A stretch of 63,962 nt of DNA, the filler included, from Choristocarpus tenellus KU-1152 (lineage: Eukaryota > Protista > Phaeophyceae): assembly GCA_964200185.2 (NCBI GenBank). It is 10 parts of 10 records of this genome, joined end to end, with 100 filler letters (N's around TTAATTAATTAA, not from the genome) between each part and the next. Parts side by side here need not be neighbours in the genome. Positions count along the whole stretch, not along the records: positions 1 to 7,913 come from CAXNAD020005405.1; positions 8,014 to 12,798 come from CAXNAD020013068.1; positions 12,899 to 18,534 come from CAXNAD020010173.1; 7 more parts are not named here. One strand, written 5' to 3'. Below the pieces are notes generated by a model that saw nothing but the letters and a program-made list of their open reading frames with translations, was not told the DNA's origin and searched no databases. The position numbers and the translations under genes are program-made. Numbering within the stretch: the stretch's first letter is position 1; every line of letters starts with the position of its first letter. Shown here one piece after another: positions 1 through 13,719 of the stretch.

Positions 1-892
1 CAGATGGAAAGGTCGCAAAGGTTCTCAGACATATTCCAATGTCTGTAAACCAAAGAAGCCCCAACGATAAATGATGATCAGAGATCCTAAAAACGGCTCC
101 AAACAGCTCAGTTCTTCTGACCTAGAGACTCCACCTTTAGCATTCTCTCTTACTGTTATCGATAATATGTTCCTTGTGCTAATTGATTCATTCGAGAGTA
201 CCCCTGTTCTGCTGAGCTGACGTTCGTTAATCTGTGGATTGGATTTGAGTTGTACATCCTGTGGAGGTGAGTTCTGAGGGGCGCCTGTAACACAGGAGCA
301 AGCTTTAGGATAATTGACCAAGGGGAGCTCTCCAACCTGTTTGTTTGAGTGCATGTATTTTGCACAAATATGGAATTCTACAGAGATAATTTGTGTCAGA
401 TTCCTCGTGAAGAGCAGGTCCTGATGACGTTTGAACGGCTGCTATCCGTTAACTACAGGTGCTGAACAAGGAGGCTTCAAATCATCAATGCACAGCTGTT
501 TCTATACGCGAACTGCTGAACATAAAGATGTCCAAAAGGATAAGTTTGAGAGCCCACTTTGCAACACGTGGTCGTAATCGGATTCCCAATGAAACGCGTA
601 TCTTTGATAATTAAATGGCTGCAATCGGTCAACCACAGCTTTTCTTGTGTTGTCAAACTGAGGAGGAGGGAACCCCTGTCCTTCCTGCTACTATATTCCA
701 GACAATAAGTCTTGATGGCGGTTTCATATATGTCATCATGACTTTGAAGTCCTAGATTTTATACATTTGTACGTCTTGACTATATATATTGTTTGGTCGT
801 CATGATACTTGATATAAGACATCGTTGACCAGTTCCTTTTATATGATGACATTGATAGTTATGAAGGGAATAGTCCAAGTGAGAGATCAAGC

Positions 893-1147
893 GAGTCAAA
901 GTATCTTAGAGGGTAGAGCCACGTCCATTTGGGGGNNNNNNNNNNCAATTTTGATGTAATTTTGGCTATCGTGTTTGTTAGGAGATGTCAATATCCTTGT
1001 TCCAGACACTCCTTTTCATAACATACACATTTTACCTACTCAAAAAACAATTTTTGAGCGGGTAACATGCCATTAAAAATCCGTGGGAAGCCAAACCCCA
1101 AATGGACAAACAGGGTCAAACTCTTACCCTCTAAGATGCTTTCATTC
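893..1147 (+). mobile_element. MITE family A copy 1 (~250 bp non-autonomous DNA transposon)
   Basis: Starts GAGTCAAAGTATCTTAGAGGGTAG and ends TACCCTCTAAGATGCTTTCATTC (~23-bp TIR). Inner inverted motif GTCCATTTGGGG/CCCCAAATGGAC. Flanked by AGC on both sides. Contains a 10-N gap at 936-945. Confidence 0.9.
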
Positions 1148-1833
1148 AGCATACTTGGCAACTTGTGCATCAGGAGTCCTGTACGTGCATCAGCGCCATC
1201 TATATGCTTGTGGACTAGAGCTATGCATCCCATGGAGGTAAGTTATGGAGCGTGCTGTAACAACTACTGCCAATTTAGCAACGGGGCTGCCAGGGAGTTT
1301 TTGGATAGTTTTTCTATTGAACAGTGTCCAGAAAGGGCAAACACGCTTAAACATTTCTCATGAAGTACCCAACCCGCCATTCCAAGTTCCCCGTAAGTGG
1401 AGTCGATTTTCCTATGTGGCAGTTTCAAGAATGCCTGTACGAACGTGCACTGTAAGATCTGCTCTATTGAATCACATTTCTTCAAGTCTCAGGCTAGATA
1501 GGCTCACCCACCTTGGTCCAGTCCTTTACTACTTTTTGAATGACAAAGGAAGAATAATCCAAGTTTACAGTCCAGAAATAGTGAGGCTAATCATCAAGTC
1601 ATCTTAACCTATTGTGTATCTTCAGCTATCAACATCCTACCAACGTACGAAGGACAGATTAGAGCTCAGTTTGCAACAGGTACACCGCCTGGTCTTCTAC
1701 ATGTACACCTATATGGGTTGTATTATCCTTCACGAGTATCCTCATGGCTCAGTGGTTGAGGAGACTGTTCCCTGCATGAATTTAGTGGGTTCTTACCATG
1801 CAAATATGCTTTTTTAATTCACAAATTCCGCGT

Positions 1834-2081
1834 GAGTCAAAGTATCTTAAGAGGGTAGAGCCGCGTCCATTTGGGGACCAAAATTCAATGTAATTTTGGC
1901 TATATCGTGTTTGTTAGGAAGTGTCAATATCTATGTTCTGGACACACCTTTTCATAATGTATATATTCTATCTACTCCTAAACAGTTTGGAGTAGCAAAA
2001 TGTCATAAATAAAAACATGTGAAGCCAAGCCCCAAATGGACAAACAGGGCAAAACTCGTACCGTCTAAGATATTTTCACTC
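1834..2081 (+). mobile_element. MITE family A copy 2
   Basis: Same TIRs and internal sequence as copy 1; flanked by GCGT on both sides. Confidence 0.92.
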
Positions 2082-2684
2082 GCGTGACATTGAGCACTAC
2101 GGATGGTACATCTGTATTGCTATCCTATTTGTCAAATACCAAAAAAATGCCGGACCAAGAATGAGGTGGCAAGACAAGGTGTCGTTGCGAAGCAATACAG
2201 AGGCGGGTCGAGTCTCTAGCTTCCAATCAGACATGCCCAACCCAAAATACAACTGTAAGTGGCGTTTTTGTCCCATGCCCGTACCGATTGCCCACCCCAA
2301 CAGCGACTATAACCTCTGAACCCAAACTAAGGAGTCTAAACAAAAATATGAGGGAGAGAGGAAGCTGCAAAAACAAGGTATATTCTCTACAAAAGGTCAC
2401 CAAACCAATATATATGTATGTATGATACCTCACTCCCACATATATACACCAGCCTAATGTTGACTATCCTGTGGCATAGAGACGACTTTAATTCCTACTG
2501 TATAGACCAAGTCCTGTTCACAGTCTTGACCTCACTTGGAATACTACACAAAAGGAAGGGGCTAAGGTCAAACGCTGAATTTCAGGGAGGTCATAGGAAG
2601 CAACAAATACGCCTTTGACAATCCCTTCCGTGGAAATCGCTTGATCTTTCCCAACAACCAACCCTTCGCTTGGAACTCATACCA

Positions 2685-2945
2685 GAGTCAAAGTATCTTA
2701 GAGGGTAGGTAGCCGTGTCCATTTTGGGGCCAAAATCAAATGTTGCGATTTTGTTATACTTTTGGTTATTGTGTTTGTTAGGAAGTATCAATATTCTTGT
2801 TCCAGACACACCTTCTCATAACGTATGCATTTTACCTACTCTGAAACATTTCGGAGTAGGTAAAATGTCATAAAATATCCGTGGGAAGTCAAGCCCCAAA
2901 TGGACAAACAGGGCAAAAATCGTACGCTCTAATATACTTTCACTG
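2685..2945 (+). mobile_element. MITE family A copy 3
   Basis: Same TIRs and internal sequence; flanks ACCA / GCCA. Confidence 0.9.
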
Positions 2946-5671
2946 GCCAGGCTACCACTTTATTCAGTACTTGGTTATCAACGTAAAATAGCCCACTAAA
3001 GTCTCCTCTCTATCCTAAGATACTTCCAGACCTTCTGCACAATGTACTTCATACAAGACACCAATGACGTCTCCGGTACCTCTAACTAACCTACACCTCC
3101 ACAGTTGCATTGGTAGTGCAGTCTCCTGTGGATCTGCTCACTCAACATCCTCCACAGTTAATGAGAATTGATGGGCAATCTTTGCCAATCAATGTAACAA
3201 AAAAACGCGACTCCAACGTAGGAAGTTTGGGCGGCTGAACCTCCTATGGATGTTCACAAGGTTTACATCAACACACAGAAATACACCTTGATGTCACCTT
3301 TGTCCTATATTGAGGCAAACCCAAGTACAAGAAATTTCTCCTACAACGTACTTTCCTATATGGTATATGACTCCACCCCCGAAACTTTGAACGGTCCTGT
3401 CCAACATGCTGCTAGTTTACACTTCAACTTCTGCCTGTGTTACTGTTCTTCTCCTTCCAATACTTCTCCCATAGTAGACGGAGGGGTGTACACCCAAATC
3501 CAACTCCCTAACTTCCACAAGTGTCCTGTAACTGACCCAGAATGTCAAACCCTATAGCTAGACCTGGTAGTGGTAAGAATATTAAAGGTCACCTAACCGT
3601 CTGTCTTCTCATCTTTACGAGTCCGACGCATTTATATCAGTGCCTAACATAATCAATGTTTTCTGAAGTCCAAAATGCATCACACGACTTCAACGACACT
3701 CCATCGCCCAAGGCCTCAACAGAAAGGGGGCATTCATGCAAATAGGCTCATCCCCTAGCAGACGCTTATACTGACCTTCCAAGACACTCATTGCCCAACA
3801 AACGTATATTGCCTTCTCTGGAACTTCCTCCACTCTCTCTGAACCCTTCCTCATCTCTTTCCCAATCAAGATCCTAACTGTTCTTCTCAGGGGATCCAAC
3901 CTCTGCATTCGTGCCCACTCACTGCTTCTACCAAATCCGCCTCCCTCAGAACTCAAGAAATACTCTTTCAAACTTTGCCTACTCTACAAATCGATATGCA
4001 ACAAGGGCGAGCTCACAACCCCTCAAAAGAAAACATATAATACTCCAAACTCACAACTTTGATACACTATAGTTAAACTTCAAGTTTTGCTGGGCGTTGT
4101 TTTGTACAGGTAGCGGTGTGTGCAAAGGGATCGCGCGGTCCAAGTTCGAACATGCCAAATCCGAATCTAGGCGCCATGGACTCAACCGCAAAATTGTGTA
4201 ATTGAGACAGCCATTGATTGCCAACCAGAGAAGAGATCTAATGAAGGATATGTGATTCGTACGAGTGACTTTTCACCATCCTATGCCACCGGTAATGCTG
4301 CTTCCCCTGTCGCTAACATTGTCGCAATCTCTATCTCCATCACTGGCACCATCACTATTTAACAGTTGCATTATCCCTGCCAGTCTTCATTGCAACTCGA
4401 TCATTTGTGCCCAACATCTATTCTCTCAGGGTCAAGGTTTGTGTTCACTGAACTTCGTGGTGGTTCACAGTTCACAAAGGGGTGAGGAGTGAGGAGTGAT
4501 GATTGCCATAAGAATCACAAATCACCTCGTACACTCAACAATTTATTTTGTTTTGAACTTATAATTTTTATAGTCAAAATGTGATATCACCTTCCTCTCA
4601 ACGTATACTGTACCTTGGAAAGGCCTTTAAAAGGTATACATTGGCCGGAAGGTGGCTGTCATGTCGCATTGTTGGTAAAATTGGAAACATTTTAAGAAGT
4701 ATTATATTTAATAAAGTGTTACATATTATCCATGTATTTAAAATGAATTGTTTTATGTTGAATGTTGTATGTTCATTTTTCATGTTGCATCAACCACCTA
4801 AACGGCTATATAATAGAATAACAACCACTACATTCCATCATGATAACTCCAAAATTGCACATGGATATATGTGTGTCTAGTCATCATCACAGACATCATC
4901 ACAGTAGTAGTCATCATCGTGTGGTTGTCGTTGGATCCACAGAAGATTGTGATTGGTATTTCTGAGGTGAACAAAACACAAGGTCTACTTTGGTGTACGG
5001 CATATGTGGTGCTCTGTAACCTAAAATCCATCGACTTGCACAGTGCCTTATCGCTCAAAGGGAGGCAAGAAACGGGAGGTTGCTCCTGCCCTAAACGATA
5101 GGCAGGCTCTCCTCGCAGCATGGCAGGGATGGACAAGGTTCCTCGGATAGAGCTGCCTCGGAAAAAGGATCGAGCGTGTGAGTGCATCCTCACCCGTAGA
5201 CAGCACGACAGATTCAAGACCAATTTAGTATCATTTTCTGTCTCTGTTGTTGCTTACTTCATGCCCGGCTTTATTGGCTTCATGGGCTTGTCCAGGTGCC
5301 GCTGGAAAGACTAAGTCCAAGTCATAATGTCTTGCATCTTGAGTTGGCGAGTTAGCCTAATCTCCAATTTGCGCAGCAAGGACAGCGTTCCCGAGGCTCG
5401 AGACGGGGACTATCGTGCAAGTTCACACCCCACGTTCGTGCTGTTTGATGTCCTTTGGTTCATTCCTTTGTTGATCGATCATATCATCTATCCCCTCTCC
5501 TTGGACCATATTTGGCCACGTCCTACTAGCATTATTCTCATGCCCAATCCGAGGTCAGTTCCATGGGTCCTATAATATCTATACTTGCAAGATTAACTCC
5601 ACCATACAATTCTTAACCCTCCCCAATTGTTTGATCACGTTGGTATGTGCCGTTATGCCTCCTCCGTCCAG

Positions 5672-7280
5672 GCTCTGTCTGGTTGGTATGTGTGTTTTTG
5701 TTTCTGGTGTTCGTCGTCTTTGGGTCCACAGCACCCGAGGTGCTGAAAGCGAGGGAGTCAGGAGAGACCGCGGCCATTTTCTCAGAGGCGAATTCCACCA
5801 GCACCTATGCCTTCTCTTTCAAAACGGAGAAGCAGAATCAGCTGTTCTGGGTTGAAATGCGGATTTCAACAGTAAATGGCGATCTTAGCGAGGTTGTCAC
5901 AGACACTATGCTGGACGTTGAGCTCGATATGACGTTCTCGGTGCACTCCGCTTCAGACAACCCCGTCATGCTTGTGGATAGTAAAGACATCACCAAAGTT
6001 ACCCGCTGTGATGTGACCTTGAATTCGTGTGAGTACTTCCAGCTATGGTCGAGTGATCACATCGACCACAGTAGGTACGTTTTTAATGTTATCATTAATG
6101 AGCCGGAGGAACTTGCGTCGATTAGACGGACCGACAACGATGAACCCTTGTTCGACATAAACGCCAAGGTTATATATGTCAATCCTGACTTCACCCGATT
6201 TTCGGTGGGTTGGAAGTACACCTTCCTGGCGCTGACTTGCCTTATCATTTTCTGGCCTGGAGGCTTTGGTGCCCTTGGCTTAGGAGGCGAGGGCTTCGTG
6301 ATAGCTTTCTGCAAGACAAGACATGGCACAGATGATGCGAACTTTGCGTTTCATAGGCGCTGGGCACTGGTCTTACTAGTCGGTCTGATTTTCTTTGACA
6401 ACCCTTTCCTTTTGGGCGCCATCTACAGCAACAACGCTCGAGAATTCTCAGGTTTTTTCATTATATGTGTGGCATTCTTCTTGTTCCTACTCCTCCTCCA
6501 CTGGCTTTGCCTCTTCAGCAACCTAAGATTCATGGACCAGCAGGTCATTGCAGTGGACACCCCAAGGAAATCTTTCGTCTACTGGGGGCCTAAGGTCTGT
6601 TGAGGGGGCCTGTTTATGCAATGTAAATTTTTGTCAGTCACAGTTAATGAGGTCTGACAATGTTTTTTTGTAGCTCTTGGAACACACACTAAGTATTGTT
6701 GCACCTGTCAAAACAGCTAATATTTCCATGTTTCAAACCTTCAAAGGCATTATTTTGTAAAGGCTCTAGTGCTTTGCTGCAATCAATGATTTATGGGGGT
6801 TGTCACATCAAGCTCACCTGGTTACATATTACCTGGGGAGAGAGGAGAAGGGAGGCTTTGTGTACAGAAGGAGAATTCATCACTAGGAGCTACTTGCTAT
6901 CTTTCACAGTTACTGATGTATCCTCAATCTTGACATTATTATGATGCCCCTTCATGGTCCTTCTTGGTTGTGTGGTATAATTTAACAATTTTGTGCTCTT
7001 TCCCTGGAGATGGGTAGAGAGGTGACAACAGTGTGGGAAGTGGATAAACTTTCTGCTCTTGTTGAAGAATAATGTAGTGGATATGCCTTAATCTGTGCTT
7101 CCCCCCCTCCCCCTCCTGCCGTCTCACTGCCACTACCCCTCTCACCACCACAGGTTCTACTCTCCTTTGGCATTGCCCTCACTGTCTTGCACAGCTACAT
7201 CTTCTACAGATTTGATGATAGCACCAACTTCGAATACAATGGTGTCGGTGACAAAAAGCATAAATCGGTAGTGAATGAAG
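5672..7280 (+). CDS. TMEM181 / Wntless-like (MIG-14 domain) multi-pass membrane protein, partial spliced gene
   Basis: Exons ~5672-6594 (inside the 318-aa ORF; donor AAG|GTCTGT) and 7154-7280 (CAG|GTTCTA...AAG|GTGAAT) join in phase 0. YVNPDFTRFSVGWKYTF, RWALVLLVGLIFFDNPF, LLLHWLCLFSNLR and YWGPK|VLLSFG follow the TMEM181 pattern (NP.F...W, W..VLL..L...NDPF, LLLFWLC....IR, FY.PK). The first exon is uncertain and the 3' end is lost at the contig end. Confidence 0.8.
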
Positions 7281-7320
7281 GTGAATGCTCTCTGTCCCGC
7301 TCCCCTGTTGCTGTATGTCA

Positions 7321-7360
7321 AACAATCATGAACAATCATGAACAATCATGAACAATCATG
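7321..7360 (+). repeat. 10-bp tandem repeat (AACAATCATG)x4
   Basis: Four perfect copies, read directly. Confidence 0.95.
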
Positions 7361-7757
7361 ATTCACTTTGGGGAGGCACCGTGCTTGTCAAGGTTGTAAG
7401 ACCCCTTGCATTCTTGAGAGAGTGTGTTACACAAACTGCTTTTTAGTTAGTATACACCCCTGTTGAATGTTGCATAGGAAAGAACTGCAAGGGAAACCAT
7501 TGATTCTATCACAGGTCTACCTTTTTGCCCATGAACCTCTTGTATACTGTGCTACTGATGATTGCTTTTCGTGGTGGCAGTTTCGCCTGAATTTCGTACA
7601 GATATCTGGAGATTTAAAATGCGCTAATTTTGCTAGATATGTTTTGCTGATTTTGTATATTTTGTGATGCAAAAGCATTCATCATGGTTTGGTAGAGTTC
7701 CGTCTCCTGCCTGTAAGAGAGTTGACAACACATCCAGGTTTACTTACTCTTGCTGAT

Positions 7758-7913
7758 GACTCGAAGTATCTGGGGAGGGTGGCAGCTGTCCATTTGAGGC
7801 CCATTTTTCCATGTCGTGATTTTTGGGTGAATTTGGTTGCATGCATCAGATGGGTAATACAAGTTCACTTCTCCTTGTCAGGGTCCAAACGGACACCCAG
7901 GTGTAGACCCCCC
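7758..7913 (+). mobile_element. MITE family B (sister of family A), truncated at contig end
   Basis: Begins GACTCGAAGTATCTGGGGAGGGTGGCAGCTGTCCATTTGAGG, which is related to the family A end. The interior differs and has CCAAACGGAC near the right end. Confidence 0.65.
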
Positions 7914-8013
7914 NNNNNNNNNNNNNNNNNNNNNNNNNNNNNNNNNNNNNNNNNNNNTTAATTAATTAANNNNNNNNNNNNNNNNNNNNNNNNNNNNNNN
8001 NNNNNNNNNNNNN
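7914..8013. other. Artificial contig linker N44-TTAATTAATTAA-N44
   Basis: 100-nt spacer with stops in all six frames, identical at nine places. Confidence 0.98.
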
Positions 8014-10118
8014 CCCCCCACCGTTGCCTTGGGAGTGCTTTTTTTCATCACCAAACCACACCTCTTACTCAAGGGTAATTCCTACGTATTTGATAAAATG
8101 TTCAATTGTTTGTTTTTTGTACCAATGTATTGTTGTATTGTTATTATGCCCACTGAAAAACCTTGCATATTGTGAGGGTGGAGTCAAAATGCAGAAGGAT
8201 TATCTTTTTATGTGTGAACAATTTTCAAATATTTGTATACTTCTGCTCTACCGATATTTATTTTGTCTAAACTAAAGGACTCTTTGCACTGCAGTTATTA
8301 CTTTTATGATTAAGTTCATTGTTTCAATTTTGAATTACATTTGGAATTAAATCCAGGATTTTAATCAGGTTTATAGTCATGATTACTTTAAACTATTAAT
8401 CACCTGTTCGTAAATTAGCGAGGTTAAGCCAAGCCACGTCAGGTTGCACACCAGTGCAGAGGAACTAAAAAATCGCCATTTTTTTTTTTCTCGCCGATCA
8501 AAACTGTAACGTTGAAACGTCAACATAAAAAAAAAAAATGTATGCACAAATAAAACATTAAAAGAAATCTACTTGAAGTGTTTGGATGTGTGTGCTCGAT
8601 CGGAATTGAAACGTTCATGCAAGCACAGAGATAATGGAGTACAAAGTACGGGGTGATATGTGCAGGTTAGCATCATGTGTAGGTGTGAGGAAATAGCCGA
8701 TCCAATCTGACAACCTCGATTTTCAATGTCGATCTTCTTGATGTGTGTTGAACTGTGGTGATCAGATCGACATGATCTCACACCCATTTCATAATTTATT
8801 TTTCGTTATGTTTGTTCGCTGGCGATGCATACGTCGCCCTCGTCACATGTCTCCTACCTCGATCCGTCGCGGAGAGGAATGTTCTTGTCAAGAAATGACA
8901 ATGAATATTTCACTTTTTTTTTTTTGCTTGTGTAAGCACCACCTTTCTAATACCCCTCCCCTACATATTGCTCTCGAGAGATATTCTCGTCCTCGTTTTT
9001 TTTTTTATTGTAGGTTAATGTACCTGTCTGTACCACATGTGGTTGAGGTCTTCGATAGTGAAATTGAAATGAAAATTTGTGTGATTCCTTTCATACTGCC
9101 AACTAAATCGTAACCATGTAGAGCTTAACTCATGACTATTTGTAGATGTACTGTTAATCTACGCAGACATCTATGCAATGATAAACTTCTATTATGCAGT
9201 GAGTCTTTCTTCCTATTGTGTGGTGGATATTTCTTTCATGTGTTGTCAGAAGTACATGATGTGTATGCATAGTCGTTACCCTAATTCAGTCAGTGTGAAG
9301 TATTTTCAAGCAACACACATGTATCAAAATTGTTCTATGTGTGCACTTGACAGGATGTGATGCACACTACACTAGTAGCCCTCTACTTAAGTTCAATCAA
9401 TAGAAATATCATCATAGCTCCACAAGATTACTGTACATGTTTATATCTTGATTCGGACAATGCATGTGTGCACATGACCCTAACCTGAAGCTATTGTCTT
9501 CATCAAAGTATACACTATTGTAAGTGATGTACACATGACATCTATCAACTTGTGGATAGTTTGAAGTATATGTGTATTGTGTGTACTTTGTATACATATC
9601 TATCCCTAACCCCCTCCCTAAGTGATGTCGTGTGATACATTTCATGTTTGTCATATGTTGGGGTAATCAGTAAATATACTACTAATAAAATATATCTACA
9701 AATGTTCAGAGATGCATACAGAGAGAGGATCGCTGACACCAAATGTGCGCATCCTAGCCTTCTCATCACCGGGGTTCATTTATGTGATTGGCTAATTTGT
9801 GTAATTGAACTGAAACACCAGAATAGTCCAGTGCATCTTTGCACGATACTCTCAATCATCCATGTAAACTGTAGGCAAACTCTAACATCTATTTTAGGAT
9901 GAATTTCGTGATGCATACTACTTCAAGTATTGTACTATTGCAGTGGTAGCGGTCCTACCAATGCTTGAAAGAGCTATGAACATTGTGTCCTTTTGGATAC
10001 GTTAATAGTGTAAAAACAATGGTCATTGCAACAACAATATTTACTATATTGTACATTGTTGTTATTAATGCCTTAACCCTAGGTCTTACCCACACTTTGT
10101 CTTTTGTGTACGTGGCAG

Positions 10119-11202
10119 GTACGCTTGAAGGGGCTGCAGCTTGTGCCAGAGGCCCTGTCTGAGGGGCTAGACCTGCCCGTGGAAGTAGTGTGGGGCCACG
10201 TGGGCTTGTTCCATCTCAGTGTGCCATGGAGCAGCCTTGGCTCACGACCGGTGAGCGGTTACGGTCAGGGTTAGTATAGAGTTGGGGTTCATTGCTTTAG
10301 TAGGTGAGGTTAACTTCTATTCCAAGGTGTTAGTAGTTGTATAGGAGGCGTTGCGTAAAGGTGGGCAACATTTCAAGCCAATGGATTTGCCCATGTATCT
10401 TTTAACTGCGTAGTGTTATGTGGTTACATTTATTTACTCACCTATTTATGCGTGCTTAGTGTGTGCAATATTGACTGAACGGGATGTGTTCACCTGCTAC
10501 ACCTTCATGCACTGTCTCAGAGGTGGCATCACTCTTGCAAGGTAGGGTTAGGATCAGGGTCAGGGTTGGAGTTTCCTTGTTTTGGTATAAATTGGAGTGT
10601 GGGGTTACATTTTCAGTATCGACTACTCATTGGAGGTGTGAATATGAAGAGTTCATTTTAGAGTCTATTGTTGTAGGTGTTTGGTGCGGGGTACTATGCA
10701 AGTTTCAAGGTCTGCTGTGAAAAGGGTTAGGGTTGTGCAGACATGGCAGATGTTAGGATTAAGGATGGAAGTTGAGTCCTATGCAAAACTGTTAAGGGGT
10801 CAGAGACATGGAACAAATTGTGACATTTGCCAATCACATGAACACTGTATGGCATGCATACATATGTTCCACTGGGTCAAGATAATGTGTTTTCCTCTAA
10901 GCATGCCTAATGTGTACTATATGCACTGATTCTTGGCGCCACATGGGAGGATTAGATTTAATCCTAAAGTTCCGTTTCTTTTGATTACGTAATGAGATTG
11001 TGGGTGATTGGGCTGGTTTATAGTCTGCGTTAGGAATACAGATTGAAACAACTGTTTAAGATTATAGTTGGGGTGAGCGAGAAGTTGTAGTATCAATGTG
11101 AGCTGAGCTAGTGTTGGAGATTAAGTTAATCGAGGTTTATTGTTAGGGTTTACGGTGGCTAGGGTTAGGGATGCTTAGGTTTAAGTGCATCTCCACGTGT
11201 TC

Positions 11203-11275
<73 letters not shown>

Positions 11276-12771
11276 GATTGTGTTAGTGGCCATGTGCATC
11301 CGCATGGTACATTTGGTGTTACTTCTATGTTTTATGTGGTGCACCATTGCACTACTTACTATTTTGACTAAATTTATCGCAGGTATGTGTGACCATGGAA
11401 GACGTCTATGTGCTCCTATCCCCGTTGGACACGTGGGGGATGGACGACATGGAGAGGCAGCGTCGTGCGCGATACCAGAAGTCCAGGGGTAAGTCAGCCA
11501 GGTCACTTCGCTTGGTCCTCTCTCCTCAGAACAGTAGCTCAGTCGTGACATTGCCGTCAACTGTGCTAGGGTTGGAGTTGCTCTCACATGTTCAGTTTGC
11601 CTGAGAAAGGAACAACAGATACTGACTGTTTAATCAATGCTTGCGAGCAGTTCTAGGGTGTTTCATTGCAATTTGGAGTCTTGAGGACAATAAATGAGAT
11701 GCAGGAGGACCCTGTGCAATACAACTGAAAGAGTTCATGTATGGAGGGTGTATTGATGTTGTGGTTTTTCATATGGCCGTTTGTGATGCCAACAAGAATA
11801 TATCAAGATCAGGGTCTACTAAAGTGTTGCTTGTGTTCTGTGCCCATGATTCCAAGCTGCACTTGCCTAAGCCTGAACTAGGTATATAATGCTATGGATT
11901 GTATCCCTAACCCTCTGTGTCTGTGAATGAAATTGGAACCCTGACCCTCTTCCTAACCCCCATTGAAATAATTGAAATATTTTGGGGTGTTTCATTAAAA
12001 CTGTAGCGCTAGACCTTACCTTCACATTGATTCCAGAACCCTGCCCTGACCCTAGCCCTAGCGTTAAGATTAAGATTGAAGCCGGGACAAAAGTAATACG
12101 GTGTTGTTATCATGAACAAATCGTTTGTCATTCTTGCAACGATCAACAATAGTGTAACATTTCCCTTATTCTAGTCCCTGCTCTCGATTCTAACACAGTA
12201 GGATCATCCCCAACCCTCACCAACTAACCCTAACCCTAGACCTATGTCCAGCACTGCACTAAGAGTGGTAACCCTTGACGCCGCAACAGTCCTAAGTTAC
12301 CCGAGATTCCAACGCAATCACACCTCTTCCAGTTCAAACCGTTACCGTAACCCTGAATCACCAATCCTAGCCCAATCTTTTTCGTAGTACGTGGTTCATT
12401 TTCCTATTTCATTTTTTTCACTGATCAACCTTTTAAAAGTTAACTCCCTTCCCCCCCCCCTCCCCCCCCCCCCCCCCCCCCCCCTCTCTCCTTCCCCTTC
12501 CNNNNNNNNNNCTACCCCCCTCTTTTTTTTTGTTTGGGTTTTTTTTTTTTTTTTTTTTTTTTTTTCTTTTCAATCTTTTTAAAGTTAATTCCCCCCCCCC
12601 CCCCCCCCCCCCCCCTCCCCCACATACGCTGTGACTGTGCCAGGTGTAGAATGGCGGCTACGGAAACACTTGGAGAGGCAGGCGATTCTGGCGAAGAAAG
12701 GACAGGGGGCTGCTAAGGGGGGGAAGGGGGTGTGGGCTCGCTTGCTGGCCAAGGTCTTGGAAAATATCCAG
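10119..12771 (+). CDS. VPS13: VPS13-family (chorein N-terminal domain) protein, partial spliced gene
   Basis: Exons 10119-10250, 11383-11488 and 12644-12771 have canonical AG/GT ends and consistent phases (0, 1). They give VRLKGLQLVPEALSEGLDLPVEVVWGHVGLFHLSVPWSSLGSRP-VCVTMEDVYVLLSP...VWARLLAKVLENIQ, the Chorein_N signature (L.LP..V..G..G...L.VPW..L...PV.V..EDV..L; K...N.Q). Confidence 0.88.
11205..11272 (+). repeat. (TG)n microsatellite
   Basis: About 34 uninterrupted TG units in a VPS13 intron. Confidence 0.95.
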
Positions 12772-12798
12772 GTGGCTACAGCAGTGTGACAGTTGTAC

Positions 12799-12898
12799 NN
12801 NNNNNNNNNNNNNNNNNNNNNNNNNNNNNNNNNNNNNNNNNNTTAATTAATTAANNNNNNNNNNNNNNNNNNNNNNNNNNNNNNNNNNNNNNNNNNNN
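12799..12898. other. Artificial contig linker
   Basis: N44-TTAATTAATTAA-N44. Confidence 0.98.
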
Positions 12899-13423
12899 AC
12901 CAAGCAATCTCGCCAGGTTTATCACCTTTATGTTCTTTGATGATTTTGGGGATACTTTAACACTATGTCCCTCATCCCGTCCTTCCCAACGTTTCCCACA
13001 AGTATAGGCACCCATTCTTGGTGGCGACGTCCTCATCATGGTGGAATGAATTGTTGCCCTGTTGCTGCTGACGACTACAACAACTGCTGCAGGGTCACGC
13101 GCGAGATGCGTGAGGCCAAGGGGAAAATATGCATCTGGTGTGGAGAGCACTCGAGACGATTGGTGGCTAAGACACGTTGAGGCATCAGACAACTTGATGG
13201 ATGGAATGTGAGGGGTTGAGACGTTCCAGGGTGATACGATACTAACTAAGAAGATCGGTACAATGTAAGGCGGTTGGTTTGTCTGATGGTAAATTGTTTG
13301 ATAACCTGACAATATATTTGGAAGGACATGCGACTACAAACACATTGCCAAAAGTCCAACTTCATTCCCCTTCTCCCCTATGTAGTAGGACAAAAATACT
13401 AACTACACACCATTGTACTTAGT

Positions 13424-13680
13424 GAGTGAAAGTATCTTAGAGGGTACGATTTGCCCTGTTTGTCCATTTGGGGCTTGGCTTCCCATGGGTTTTTTTTATG
13501 ACATTTTCCTACTCCGAAATGTTTCCAAGTGGGTAAAATGTATACGTTGTGAAAAGGTGTGTCCGAAACATAGATATTGACACTTCCTAACAAACACGAC
13601 AGCTAAAATTACATCAAATTGCAACATTGGATTTTGACCCCCAAATGGACGCGGCTCTACCCTCTAAGATACTTTGGCTC
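13424..13680 (-). mobile_element. MITE family A copy 4
   Basis: Reverse orientation, GAGTGAAAGTATCTTAGAGGGTA...CCCTCTAAGATACTTTGGCTC; flanked by AGT on both sides. Confidence 0.92.
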
Positions 13681-13719
13681 AGTATAAAACTCCTGCACAA
13701 TATCATATTTGTATTGTAT

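Noticed and set aside
1400-1800. Possible Copia RT remnant (DDLMI on the minus strand); likewise an integrase-like trace at 25930-26340
   Set aside because: Only a few residues match; too decayed to support a call.
5120-5314. ORF as the first exon of the TMEM181-like gene
   Set aside because: The position is plausible, but the obvious donor at 5295/5296 is phase 2 while the acceptor at 5672 needs phase 1; left uncalled.
9961-9990. MLERAMNIV as the VPS13 start
   Set aside because: It resembles a VPS13 start, but the frame closes quickly and the expected ~25 intervening residues cannot be found before 10119.
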